From positions 35,216,001 to 35,280,000 of the forward strand of contig OZ024759.1 in NCBI GenBank assembly GCA_964016885.1: a DNA stretch of 64,000 nt. Reading direction: 5' to 3'. Below are positions 12,391 through 24,108 of the stretch, one piece after another. The first letter of the stretch is position 1; each line of letters starts with the position of its first letter. The translations under genes and the position numbers were made by a program. The DNA comes from Eledone cirrhosa. Lineage: Eukaryota. Under the pieces are notes generated by a model. It was given only the letters and a program-made list of their open reading frames with translations. It was not told the origin of the DNA and made no database searches.

Positions 12391-13585
12391 ATAAAAAAAA
12401 AATTAAAAAGAGGGGGATCTTATTTTTTTTTTCGATAATTTTAAAAACATTCTTAGTTTCTTTATTTAGAAACTTCATTATTCTCAGTTTCTTTCAAGAA
12501 ACTTTATCTCCCTCTTAGTTTCTTTATTTAGAAACTTCTTCATTCTCAGTTTCTTACAAGAAACTTTATTTAACTCTTAGTTTCTTTATTTAGAAACTTC
12601 ATAAACACTTACGTTCTTTATATCACGTCTTACCCCGTTTCTTCTAGACTCTTGATTTCTTTATTCATTTTTGTCAAAATAAACTGAACACAACTCGTAT
12701 ATAAGATCTAAACATTCTTTATTCATTTTTGTCAAAATAAACAGAATACAATTCGTATATAATGTGTAAACTTTCTTTATTAAAAGATGTGTGTGTGTGT
12801 GTATAGCGATTAGTTTTCTCGTATATTTATTAAAAGAAACTACGACATTCCCACTTGTTACGGCAAACAACAAAGCATATGATCTTGATGGCTGGACATC
12901 TGTAAAAAGAAATGAGAGTCATTTACATACATTATCAATAAAAAGAATATTAAACTAAAAATGTATATTAAGTGTGTGCGTGTCAAAAAAGAAAGAAACT
13001 AAGAATGTAAATGGTTCTATGTTATGTAGACGGGTGAAATATTCACTCTAACCAAAGACAACAGTTCTCAAAAGATTCTGGTTAATATTAATAACCAGAA
13101 TATAGCAGGACCAAAGGAGATTCTACGATGGTAAAGTAACTATCAGAATCAAGCACAAGTCCTTCAGAAGGTTGCTACACACGAGAATCGAACTCATGAT
13201 TGTAAAGCACGACTGCACATCTAGTATGACACTCCAACGACTGACTGGGACATGTTGACAAAGAGAAAGTCCTCCAACACGAGGATATGATGAAGGAAAG
13301 TAGAAGTATATTATTTACCAACTGTATATATAAGTGTGTGTGTGTCTGTGTGTTTATATATATATGTGTGTGTCTGTATGTATATATATATGTCTGTGTG
13401 TGTTTATATATATAGCGATGAGTTTTCTCGTATATATATGATATATATGTCTGTGTGCCTGTGTGCGTGTATATATATATATGTCTGTGTGTGTGTGTCT
13501 GTGTGTGTATATATATGTCTGTGTGTGTGTGTGTATATATAGCGATGAGTTTTCTCGTATATATATATATATATGTCTGTGTGTG

Positions 13586-13622
<37 letters not shown>

Positions 13623-13715
13623 GTATATATATATATGTGTGTGTGTCTGTGAGTGTATATATATGTCTGTGTGTATATATATAGCGATGAGTTGTCTCGT
13701 ATATATATATATGTC

Positions 13716-13782
<67 letters not shown>

Positions 13783-15639
13783 ATATATAGCAATGAGTTT
13801 TCTCGTATATATATATATATATATATATGTCTGTGTGTGTGTGTATATATATGTGTGTGTGTCTCTGTGTGTATATAGATATATGCCTGTGAGTGTGTGT
13901 ATATATGCCTGTGTGTGTATATATATATATAGCGATGAGTTGTCTCGTATATATATATATGAAAGCAAAGAACACAAAATATAACTACTCCATTACCAAA
14001 TGGATCTCAGACAATAATAGAACAAGTGTGGATCGTCAGACAGAGATGTTATCTTATTTGCCAACTTAATATAGAAATACGCTAAATTCTATTTGATATG
14101 ACCGAGAAATGTGTGAGGTGACATTACATTGGAAATACAACGTGGAGGTGGGGCAGCAGCTAAACAAAACTATATATATATATATATACACGATATATTA
14201 ACAAATGGAACTACATATATATATATATATATATTTATATATGTGTGTGTGTGTGTAAGATTGAAGAATAACATGGTCAGCTGTACAAAAAGGTTTTATT
14301 TCTAGTATTATCAAAAGTTTCATTGATCAGGTGAGACTAAAGGCCGCTAATCACTCGACCTTAAATACAGTGTTTACCTCTGATCAGAGGTAAACACTGT
14401 ATTTAAGGTCGACTGAGGCAACTTCGAGTGATTAGCGACCTTCTGACTCACCTGGTCAATGAAACAATTGTTAATACTAGAAATAAAACCCTTTTTGTAC
14501 AGCCGACCATCTTATTCTTCAATCTTCCACTACTATTAGTCACAACCTCTAACTGGATCACCTATAACGATAACTTGTTATCCCATATATATATATATAT
14601 GTATGTGTATACAATAGGGGGTAACTACAGGATTTCCTTTGTTATACTTTGTTTTGTGTGTGTGTATATATATATATATCATTATTCAAGAGTACTTGAT
14701 ACTTGGGATAGTAAAGTGTGACTCTGACAGTATATTCATATATACTTATGTATATCGAAACACACACATATACATACATGCCAACTTCTATATATGAATG
14801 TGTATACATATATAGTGATTGCTTAATCTTTGCAAATGATTGCCGTTTTCCTATGCAACCCCTAGTATTGATGTACCCAGATTTAGAGAGCAGTAGAACG
14901 ACCACACACTTCACAACTCCAGCTCCCTATGTTCTTATTGATAATAAGAGAAATAAAGAAGATAATAAAAATGTAGCTGTATATAGAGAAGGTATGTGTC
15001 TAGTGAAGAATGTGTATATGTCTCTAAAAAGGAAAGGTGCAAATCGAATTATGTCAATAAAGAAAATATATGTAAAAAGAGGTTTAGTTTCTACGAATAA
15101 AATGTACATATTGATATGGTGTGTGTAGAGAGTTATATTGTATACAAAGAAAACATTACATACCTCTTTAAATGAACGTAATATCCAAGATGATTATTTT
15201 CAAAGAACCGGAAGTCAATCGTAAATAATGCAACAGAAGAGTTCCATAAAAGGGAAATAATTTTCATAAAAACGATTGTACGCGTTGTCCAGCATATAAT
15301 CAACCGGGAAATAGTCCTGGTTGCCGAGGTTGAGTGCCCTCGCAACGATTCGATCTTCCGACACACAGAATGTCAGGCCATACTTAAGTAGGCGACCAAG
15401 TCCGAACCGCTACGTGTATCGCCACGCGAGGCCATAAGTTTGCTGAGTATATTAGTCATACTTATAGGTAAAATTTTATTTATTTTTGTAAAAAATTATA
15501 GAAACGGAAAGAAAGCGAGATAACACGTCTCAAAATATATTCTGTGTTACCTTACTCTCATTCAGTTTCTATATATATATTAATTTTGAAACTACTAGTA
15601 TTTTGTACATATATACAATTAATATGTAAGTAGATATAC

Positions 15640-17983
15640 GTGGTGGTGGAACAGTAAGGTGGAGGAGTCAATTAAGGCCAAAAAGCAGGCTTGGAAAGTA
15701 TGGCGCGATGGCGGAAGTAGAGAAGACTATCAAGTGGCCAGGAGGGAAGCTAGGAGACAAGTGTACTTCGCAAGAAGGGAAGCAGAGGAAAGAAAGTTCA
15801 AGCATGTTCTACAACGCGAGGACCAAAAACGTGAGGTGTTCAGGATTGCTAGCAATGTGTCAAGGAAAACCGTGATATTGTCGGGGAGAAGTGTGTCCTT
15901 AATGATGATGGTGTAGTTGCCATCACTGATGCTGATAAGAAGGTAGCTTGGAAGTGTCACTACGAAAGGCTACTAGTCGAAGGTAGTATAATAAGTAAGG
16001 CAATTAAAGATATGAAGACGGGTAAGGCGGCTGGGCCTTCGGAAATAGTTGCTGAAATGCTGAAGGCTTCTGGAACGGTGGGACACACCATGTTCACCCG
16101 GATAGTAAACCAAGTCATACAGAATGGAGTTGTTTGGAAGGACTGGCGTAGCAGCATCATCATTAATTGCTACAAGGGTAAAGGAGATGCCCTAGATAGG
16201 GGTAACTATAGAGGCATTAAATTAATCGACCAGGTCATGAAGGCCACAGAAAAAATAATAGTGCAACTAATCAGAGAGCGAATTGATCTAGATGAAATGC
16301 AGTTCGGGTTTGTGTCAGGTAAAAGTACAACAGACGCTCTTTTCATTGTACGACAACTACAGGAGAAGTACCTAGCTAAAAGTAAACCCCTATACTTCGC
16401 TTTTGTCGACTTGGAGAAAGCCTTTGGCAGAGTCCTTCGTTCCATTATCTGGTGGGCTCTTAGAAAACTAGGTGTTGATGAATGGCTTGTGAGAGCTATA
16501 CAAGCCATGTATAAAGAAACAGTCAGCAAGGTTAGAATTAACAACGAATATAGTGAAGAGTTTAGCGTAAAAGTTGGTGTCCATCAGGGCTCCGTTCTTA
16601 GCCCCCTACTATTTATTATTGCCCTTCAGGCTATAACAGTGGAGTTCAAGACCGGCTGCCCATGGGAACTCCTATACGCAGATGATCTAACACTCATAGC
16701 TGAATCAATGGCTGAACTAGAGAAGAAATTCCAAACATGGAAGCATGGCCTAGAATCAAAAGGCCTTAAAATTAACCTGTCTAAGACTAAAGTTCTAGTT
16801 TGTAGGAAGGAAAATAGGGCACCGGTCCCATCCGGGAAATGGCCATGCTCAGTGTGTAGGAAAGGAGTAGGTAGAAACTCCATTTTATGTCCCAAATGCA
16901 ATGTATGGGTGCATAAAAGATGTAGTGGGATCACGGGTAATCTAACTAAGAACATAGATTTTATATGTGGCCGGTGCTCTGGTGCAATAAGTAGCAGCAA
17001 GTGCCCACAGAATACTAGCTCATTCCATTGCACAGATGGTTCTATAGAAATAGTGGACACCTTCCGTTACTTAGGTGACAAAATCAGCAGTGGTGGAGGG
17101 TGCTCTGAAAGTACAGTAGCTAGAGTCAGAACTGGATGGAAAAAGTTCAGAGAGCTTATCCCACTATTAGCCGCTAAAGGGTTCTCTCCAAAAATGAAAG
17201 GCAGGCTGTATGATGCCTGCATACGAACAGCAATGTTACATGGCAGTGAGACGTGGGCATTGTGTGCAGAGGATATACGCAGACTGGAGAGGAACGAAGC
17301 TTGCATGCTCCGCTGGATGTGTAATAGTAATATACGTGAACGGCAAAGCATAAACGAACTAAGGGAAAAATTAGAAATAAGAGGGATCAGATGTTGTTTA
17401 GTCGAGAGAAGGCTACGTTGGTATGGTCACGTGATGCGCATGAAAGACGACAGCTGTATAAAAAAGTGCAGGGCAATAAAAATAGACGGTAGCCACGGAA
17501 TAGGCAGACCCAGAAAAACCTGGGACGACTTGATAAATTCCGACCTCACACACTTACACCTCTCCAAGACAATGTCACTGGATCGAGATCTTTTGCGCTA
17601 CACAGTAATACAGAAGACCCGCCTTACCTAAGTACAAAGTGAAACCTACTAGTCAGTAGGCACCTCTGACAAAAATACACCCCCGTCCCACTACCCCCAC
17701 CCCTTTCAATGTAAAGTTATGTTGGTACCACAACATCCACTCCGAAACAGAAAAACACACAGTCCACGCTGTAATGTGGCCTTGTAGGTAACACGGTAAA
17801 AACCTCCCAGTCCACACTGTAAACGTGGTTAGTGTTAGGAAGGGCATCCAGCCGTAGAAAACCCGCCAGACAGTCCTATGCGAGCAAGACAACCACTCTT
17901 GCCTCAAGTGGGAAAACTCCCGTCCAAACCCATGCAAGCCTGGAAGATGCACGTTAAACGATGATAATGATGATGATGATGAT
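15640..17983 (+). mobile_element. 5'-truncated RTE-clade LINE with (GAT)n tail and GATATAC target-site duplication
   Basis: RT ORF, 3' UTR, ATG/GAT-repeat tail; GATATAC at 15633-15639 and 17984-17990; empty site TAGATATACTTG in arms A, C and D. Confidence 0.95.
16012..17631 (+). CDS. RTE reverse transcriptase ORF (partial) with embedded PHD-like C4HC3 finger
   Basis: KAAGPS, NYRGIKL, QFGF, FVDLEKAF, GVHQGSVLSPLLF, YADD, FRYLG, HGSETW, RLRWYGHV motifs; upstream part (15640-16011) is frameshifted and internally deleted. Confidence 0.9.
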   Translation: MKTGKAAGPSEIVAEMLKASGTVGHTMFTRIVNQVIQNGVVWKDWRSSIIINCYKGKGDALDRGNYRGIKLIDQVMKATEKIIVQLIRERIDLDEMQFGFVSGKSTTDALFIVRQLQEKYLAKSKPLYFAFVDLEKAFGRVLRSIIWWALRKLGVDEWLVRAIQAMYKETVSKVRINNEYSEEFSVKVGVHQGSVLSPLLFIIALQAITVEFKTGCPWELLYADDLTLIAESMAELEKKFQTWKHGLESKGLKINLSKTKVLVCRKENRAPVPSGKWPCSVCRKGVGRNSILCPKCNVWVHKRCSGITGNLTKNIDFICGRCSGAISSSKCPQNTSSFHCTDGSIEIVDTFRYLGDKISSGGGCSESTVARVRTGWKKFRELIPLLAAKGFSPKMKGRLYDACIRTAMLHGSETWALCAEDIRRLERNEACMLRWMCNSNIRERQSINELREKLEIRGIRCCLVERRLRWYGHVMRMKDDSCIKKCRAIKIDGSHGIGRPRKTWDDLINSDLTHLHLSKTMSLDRDLLRYTVIQKTRLT

Positions 17984-18224
17984 GATATACTTGTTTCTGG
18001 AAATAAAAAATGAAAACTCTCAGAGTACCAGACTCTCCCTATCCATGGATAGGATTAAATCTCTAACTATTTAGTGTACTGGAGCAACATGAAATAAAGG
18101 CTTTTCTTTTAAAAGAACACTTTTGGCTGCTAACTACACAGAAAGAAGTATACAGCAGATTCCTTCCAGAGAAGGATAGGATAGAGAGTGGGGAAGAGAT
18201 ATAGAGGAAGAATCGTCCCCAGTA

Positions 18225-20577
18225 CTAATCAGCTGTGCTATAACTCTGTCACCTTCATGACCTGGTCAACCAACTACTACAGCTGGTCCCTCTCTTGGGT
18301 CGATATGTGACAAACTTTCTTCTTCTCATTCAGTAATCTTTCATAATGGCACTTCCATGCTACCTTTTTTTCAGCATCATTGATATCCTAATGTTTCAGG
18401 AACTCCCATTGCTCCTCTCTATTCGCTCTTCGTTGCTGTCGAAGGCGTTGGTCAACATACTTATATAATTGTTACTATTTGATGGGTCTTTTAACTTCCA
18501 TACTCGTTTCCTCTAGGTTGGCTTCTAGTGTGGGGTTCTTCTAGCTCTGACTATATGGTCACTAACTACTGTATATATATATATATATATATATACTTAT
18601 TGGTTTCCACCTGTCTATCTGGCTTGACCCATTGAAAATATGTTTAAACATTGCTCCAGTCCTGGTAGAATCAGTTCCCTTTAATCCATCCTGTCCAGAA
18701 TGTTAGCTCTATGGAACTCCCTGACAATGTCATAACCTCAAATGTAGACTTTTAAAACATTTCCAGCTGTGACCATCCTGTGTTTATATGCGTATCTAAG
18801 ACTACATTGTCATAAGTGTCCTTATTTGGTTTAGAATGTGTGAGAACCAAGTATTTGGTGGCAAATTGAAAGAGTCGATAGAATGGTTTGCAGTATTTGT
18901 TTCGGCTCAATGAGTCCAACTTTGCATTTCATCCATTTGAGTTCGATAAAAAAAAAGTACCAGTCTAATACTGAGGACGATTCTTCCTCTATATCTCTTC
19001 CTCACTTTCTATCCTATCCTTCTCTGGAAGGAATCTGCTGTATACTTCTTTCTGTGTAGTTAGCAGCCAAAAGTGTTCTTTTAAAAGAAAAACCTTTATT
19101 TCATGTTGCTCCAGTACACTAAATAGAGATTTAATCCTATCCATGGATAGGGAGAGTCTGGTACTCTGAGAGTGTATTTTTTATTTCCAGAAACAAGTAT
19201 ATCTACTTACATATTAATTGTATATTTGTACAAAATACTAGTAGTTTCAAAATTAATATATATATAGAAACTGAATGAGAGTAAGGTAACACAGAATATA
19301 TTTTGAGACGTGTTATCTCGCTTTCTTTCCGTTTCGATAAAAAAAAATTTAAATAAATAAAATTTTACCTATAAGTATGACTAATTTACTCCGCAAACTT
19401 ATGGCCTCGCGTGGCAACACACGTAGCGGTTCGGACTTATTCGCCTACTTAAGTATGGCCTGACATTCTGTGTGTCGGAAGATCGAATCGTTGCGAGGGC
19501 ACTCAACCTCGGCAACCAGGACTATTTCCAGGTTGATTATATGCTGGACAACGCGTACAATCGTTTTTTTATTAAAATTATTTCCCCTTTATGGAACTCT
19601 TCTGTTGCATTATTTTCGATTGACTTCCGGTTCTTTGAAAAAGATCATCTTGGATATTACGTTCATTTAAAGAGGTATGTAATGTTTTCTTTGTATACAA
19701 TATAACTCTCTACACACACCATATCAATATGTACATTTTATTCGTAGAAACTAAACCTCTTTATACATATATTTTCTTTATTGACATAATTCGATCTACA
19801 CCTTTCCTTTTTAGAGACATATACACATTCTTCACTAGACACATACCTTCTCTATATACAGCTACATTTTTATTATTTTCTTTATTTCTCTTATTATCAA
19901 TAAGAACATAGGGAGCTGGAGTTGTGAAGTGTGTGGTTGTTCTACTGCTCTCTAAATCTGGGTACATCAATACTAGGGGTTGCATAGGAAAACGGCAATC
20001 ATTTGCAACGATTAAGCAATCACTATATATGTATACACATTCATATATAGAAGTGGGCATGTATGTATATGTGTGTGTTTCGATATACATAAGTATATAT
20101 GAATATACTGGCAGAGTCACACTTTACTATCCCAAGTATCAAGTACTCTTGAATAATGATATATATATATATACACACACACAAAACAAAGTATAACAAA
20201 GGAAATCCTGTAGTTACCCCCTATTGTATACACATACATATATATATATATATGGGATAACAAGTTATCGTTATAGGTGATCCAGTTAGAGGTTGTGACT
20301 AATAGTAGTGGAAGATTGAAGAATAAGATGGTCGGCTGTACAAAAAGGGTTTTATTTCTAGTATTAACAATTGTTTCATTGACCAGGTGAGTCAGAAGGT
20401 CGCTAATCACTCGAAGTTGCCTCAGTCGACCTTAAATACAGTGTTTACCTCTGATCAGAGGTAAACACTGTATTTAAGGTCGAGTGATTAGCGGCCTTTA
20501 GTCTCACCTGATCAATGGAACTTTTGATAATACTAGAAATAAAACCTTTTTGTACAGCCGACCATGTTATTCTTCAA

Positions 20578-20616
<39 letters not shown>

Positions 20617-21321
20617 AATATCTATATATATATATGTAGTTCCATTTGTTAATATATATATATATATATATATATATAGTTTTGTTTAGCTGCTGCCCCA
20701 CCTCCACGTTGTATTTCCAATGTAATGTCACCTCACACATTTCTCGGTCATATCAAATAGAATTTAGCGTATTTCTATATTAAGTTGGCAAATAAGATAA
20801 CATCTCTGTCTGACGATCCACACTTGTTCTATTATTGTCTGAGATCCATTTGGTAATGGAGTAGTTATATTTTGTGTTCTTTGCTTTCATATATATATAT
20901 ACGAGACAACTCATCGCTATATATATATATACACACACACACACAGGCATATATATATATACACACACTCACAGGCATATAAATATATACACACACAGAC
21001 ACATATACACGCACAGACACAGACATATATATACGAGACTCATCGCTATATATATACACACACTCACAGGCATATATATATATACACACACAGACACACA
21101 CACACAGACATATATATATATACGATATAACTCATTGCTATATATATACACACACACACAGGCATATATATATATACACACAGACTTATATATATATACA
21201 CACACAGACATATATATATATACACACAGACTTATATATATATACACACACAGATATATATATATATATACACACACACACAGAGACATATATATATATA
21301 TATACGAGAAAACACACACAG

Positions 21322-21373
<52 letters not shown>

Positions 21374-23909
21374 CACACACACACTTAGGTATACAGTTGG
21401 TAAATAATATACTTCTACTTTCCTTCATCATATCCTCGTGTTGGAGGACTTTCTCTTTGTCAACATGTCCCAGTCAGTCGTTGGAGTGTCATACTAGATG
21501 TGCAGTCGTGCTTTACAATCATGAGTTCGATTCTCATGTGTAGCAACCTTCTGAAGGACTTGTGCTTGATTCTGATAGTTACTTTACCATCGTAGAATCT
21601 CCTTTGGTCCTGCTATATTCTGGTTATTAATATTAACCAGAATCTTTTGAGAACTGTTGTCTTTGGTTAGAGTGAATATTTCACCCGTCTACATAACATA
21701 GAACCATTTACATTCTTAGTTTCTTTCTTTTTTGACACGCACACACTTAATATACATTTTTAGTTTAATATTCTTTTTATTGATAATGTATGTAAATGAC
21801 TCTCATTTCTTTTTACAGATGTCCAGCCATCAAGATCATATGCTTTGTTGTTTGCCGTAACAAGTGGGAATGTCGTAGTTTCTTTTAATAAATATACGAG
21901 AAAACTAATCGCTATACACACACACACACATCTTTTAATAAAGAAAGTTTACACATTATATACGAATTGTATTCTGTTTATTTTGACAAAAATGAATAAA
22001 GAATGTTTAGATCTTATATACGAGTTGTGTTCAGTTTATTTTGACAAAAATGAATAAAGAAATCAAGAGTCTAGAAGAAACGGGGTAAGACGTGATATAA
22101 AGAACGTAAGTGTTTATGAAGTTTCTAAATAAAGAAACTAAGAGTTAAATAAAGTTTCTTGTAAGAAACTGAGAATGAAGAAGTTTCTAAATAAAGAAAC
22201 TAAGAGGGAGATAAAGTTTCTTGAAAGAAACTGAGAATAATGAAGTTTCTAAATAAAGAAACTAAGAATGTTTTTAAAATTATCGAAAAAAAAAATAAGA
22301 TCCCCCTCTTTTTAATTTTTTTTTTATTAAAGGGAGGTAACTCTGTAATATTTTGAGATGATTTACCTCCCTTTGAAACACCTTCGTCACCGTCGTTACC
22401 ACCGTCGGCACCTTCGTAACCGTCGTCACCTTTACCGCCGCCACCTGGTGGCGGAGGAAAAGATACCGACGAAGACGGTGGTGCACCGTCGTCTTCGTCG
22501 GTATCTTTTACTCCGCCACCAGGTGGCGGCGGTAAAGAAACCGACGAAGACGACGGTGCACCACCGTCTTCGTCGGTATCTTTTCCTCCGCCACCAGGTG
22601 GCGGCGGTAAAGGTGACGACGGTTACGAAGGTGCCGACGGTGGTAACGACGGTGACGAAGGTGTTTCAAAGGGAGGTAAATCATCTCAAAATATTACAGA
22701 GTTACCTCCCTTTAATAAAAAAAAAATTAAAAAGAGGGGGATCTTATTTTTTTTTTCGATAATTTTAAAAACATTCTTAGTTTCTTTATTTAGAAACTTC
22801 ATTATTCTCAGTTTCTTTCAAGAAACTTTATCTCCCTCTTAGTTTCTTTATTTAGAAACTTCTTCATTCTCAGTTTCTTACAAGAAACTTTATTTAACTC
22901 TTAGTTTCTTTATTTAGAAACTTCATAAACACTTACGTTCTTTATATCACGTCTTACCCCGTTTCTTCTAGACTCTTGATTTCTTTATTCATTTTTGTCA
23001 AAATAAACTGAACACAACTCGTATATAAGATCTAAACATTCTTTATTCATTTTTGTCAAAATAAACAGAATACAATTCGTATATAATGTGTAAACTTTCT
23101 TTATTAAAAGATGTGTGTGTGTGTGTATAGCGATTAGTTTTCTCGTATATTTATTAAAAGAAACTACGACATTCCCACTTGTTACGGCAAACAACAAAGC
23201 ATATGATCTTGATGGCTGGACATCTGTAAAAAGAAATGAGAGTCATTTACATACATTATCAATAAAAAGAATATTAAACTAAAAATGTATATTAAGTGTG
23301 TGCGTGTCAAAAAAGAAAGAAACTAAGAATGTAAATGGTTCTATGTTATGTAGACGGGTGAAATATTCACTCTAACCAAAGACAACAGTTCTCAAAAGAT
23401 TCTGGTTAATATTAATAACCAGAATATAGCAGGACCAAAGGAGATTCTACGATGGTAAAGTAACTATCAGAATCAAGCACAAGTCCTTCAGAAGGTTGCT
23501 ACACACGAGAATCGAACTCATGATTGTAAAGCACGACTGCACATCTAGTATGACACTCCAACGACTGACTGGGACATGTTGACAAAGAGAAAGTCCTCCA
23601 ACACGAGGATATGATGAAGGAAAGTAGAAGTATATTATTTACCAACTGTATATATAAGTGTGTGTGTGTCTGTGTGTTTATATATATATGTGTGTGTCTG
23701 TATGTATATATATATGTCTGTGTGTGTTTATATATATAGCGATGAGTTTTCTCGTATATATATGATATATATGTCTGTGTGCCTGTGTGCGTGTATATAT
23801 ATATATGTCTGTGTGTGTGTGTCTGTGTGTGTATATATATGTCTGTGTGTGTGTGTGTATATATAGCGATGAGTTTTCTCGTATATATATATATATATGT
23901 CTGTGTGTG

Positions 23910-23946
<37 letters not shown>

Positions 23947-24039
23947 GTATATATATATATGTGTGTGTGTCTGTGAGTGTATATATATGTCTGTGTGTAT
24001 ATATATAGCGATGAGTTGTCTCGTATATATATATATGTC

Positions 24040-24108
<69 letters not shown>

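Larger units (their letters stand above)
7905..18227. repeat. Giant palindrome 1: arm A 7905-12178 (+), 37-bp hairpin spacer 12179-12215, arm B 12216-18227 (-, interrupted by RTE, mirrors A only out to ~8669)
   Basis: Direct reverse-complement matching; mirrored ORF pairs (e.g. 11522+/12661-, 9431+/14927-). Confidence 0.95.

Noticed and set aside
11926-12500. Arg/His-rich ORFs across the hairpin core, and an alternative frame reading PPPPGGGGKDTDEDGGAP...GDDGYEGADGGNDGDEG
   Set aside because: Explained by GC-rich triplet-periodic palindromic sequence; ends differ between copies through homopolymer slippage and the acidic frame has no start or splice signal
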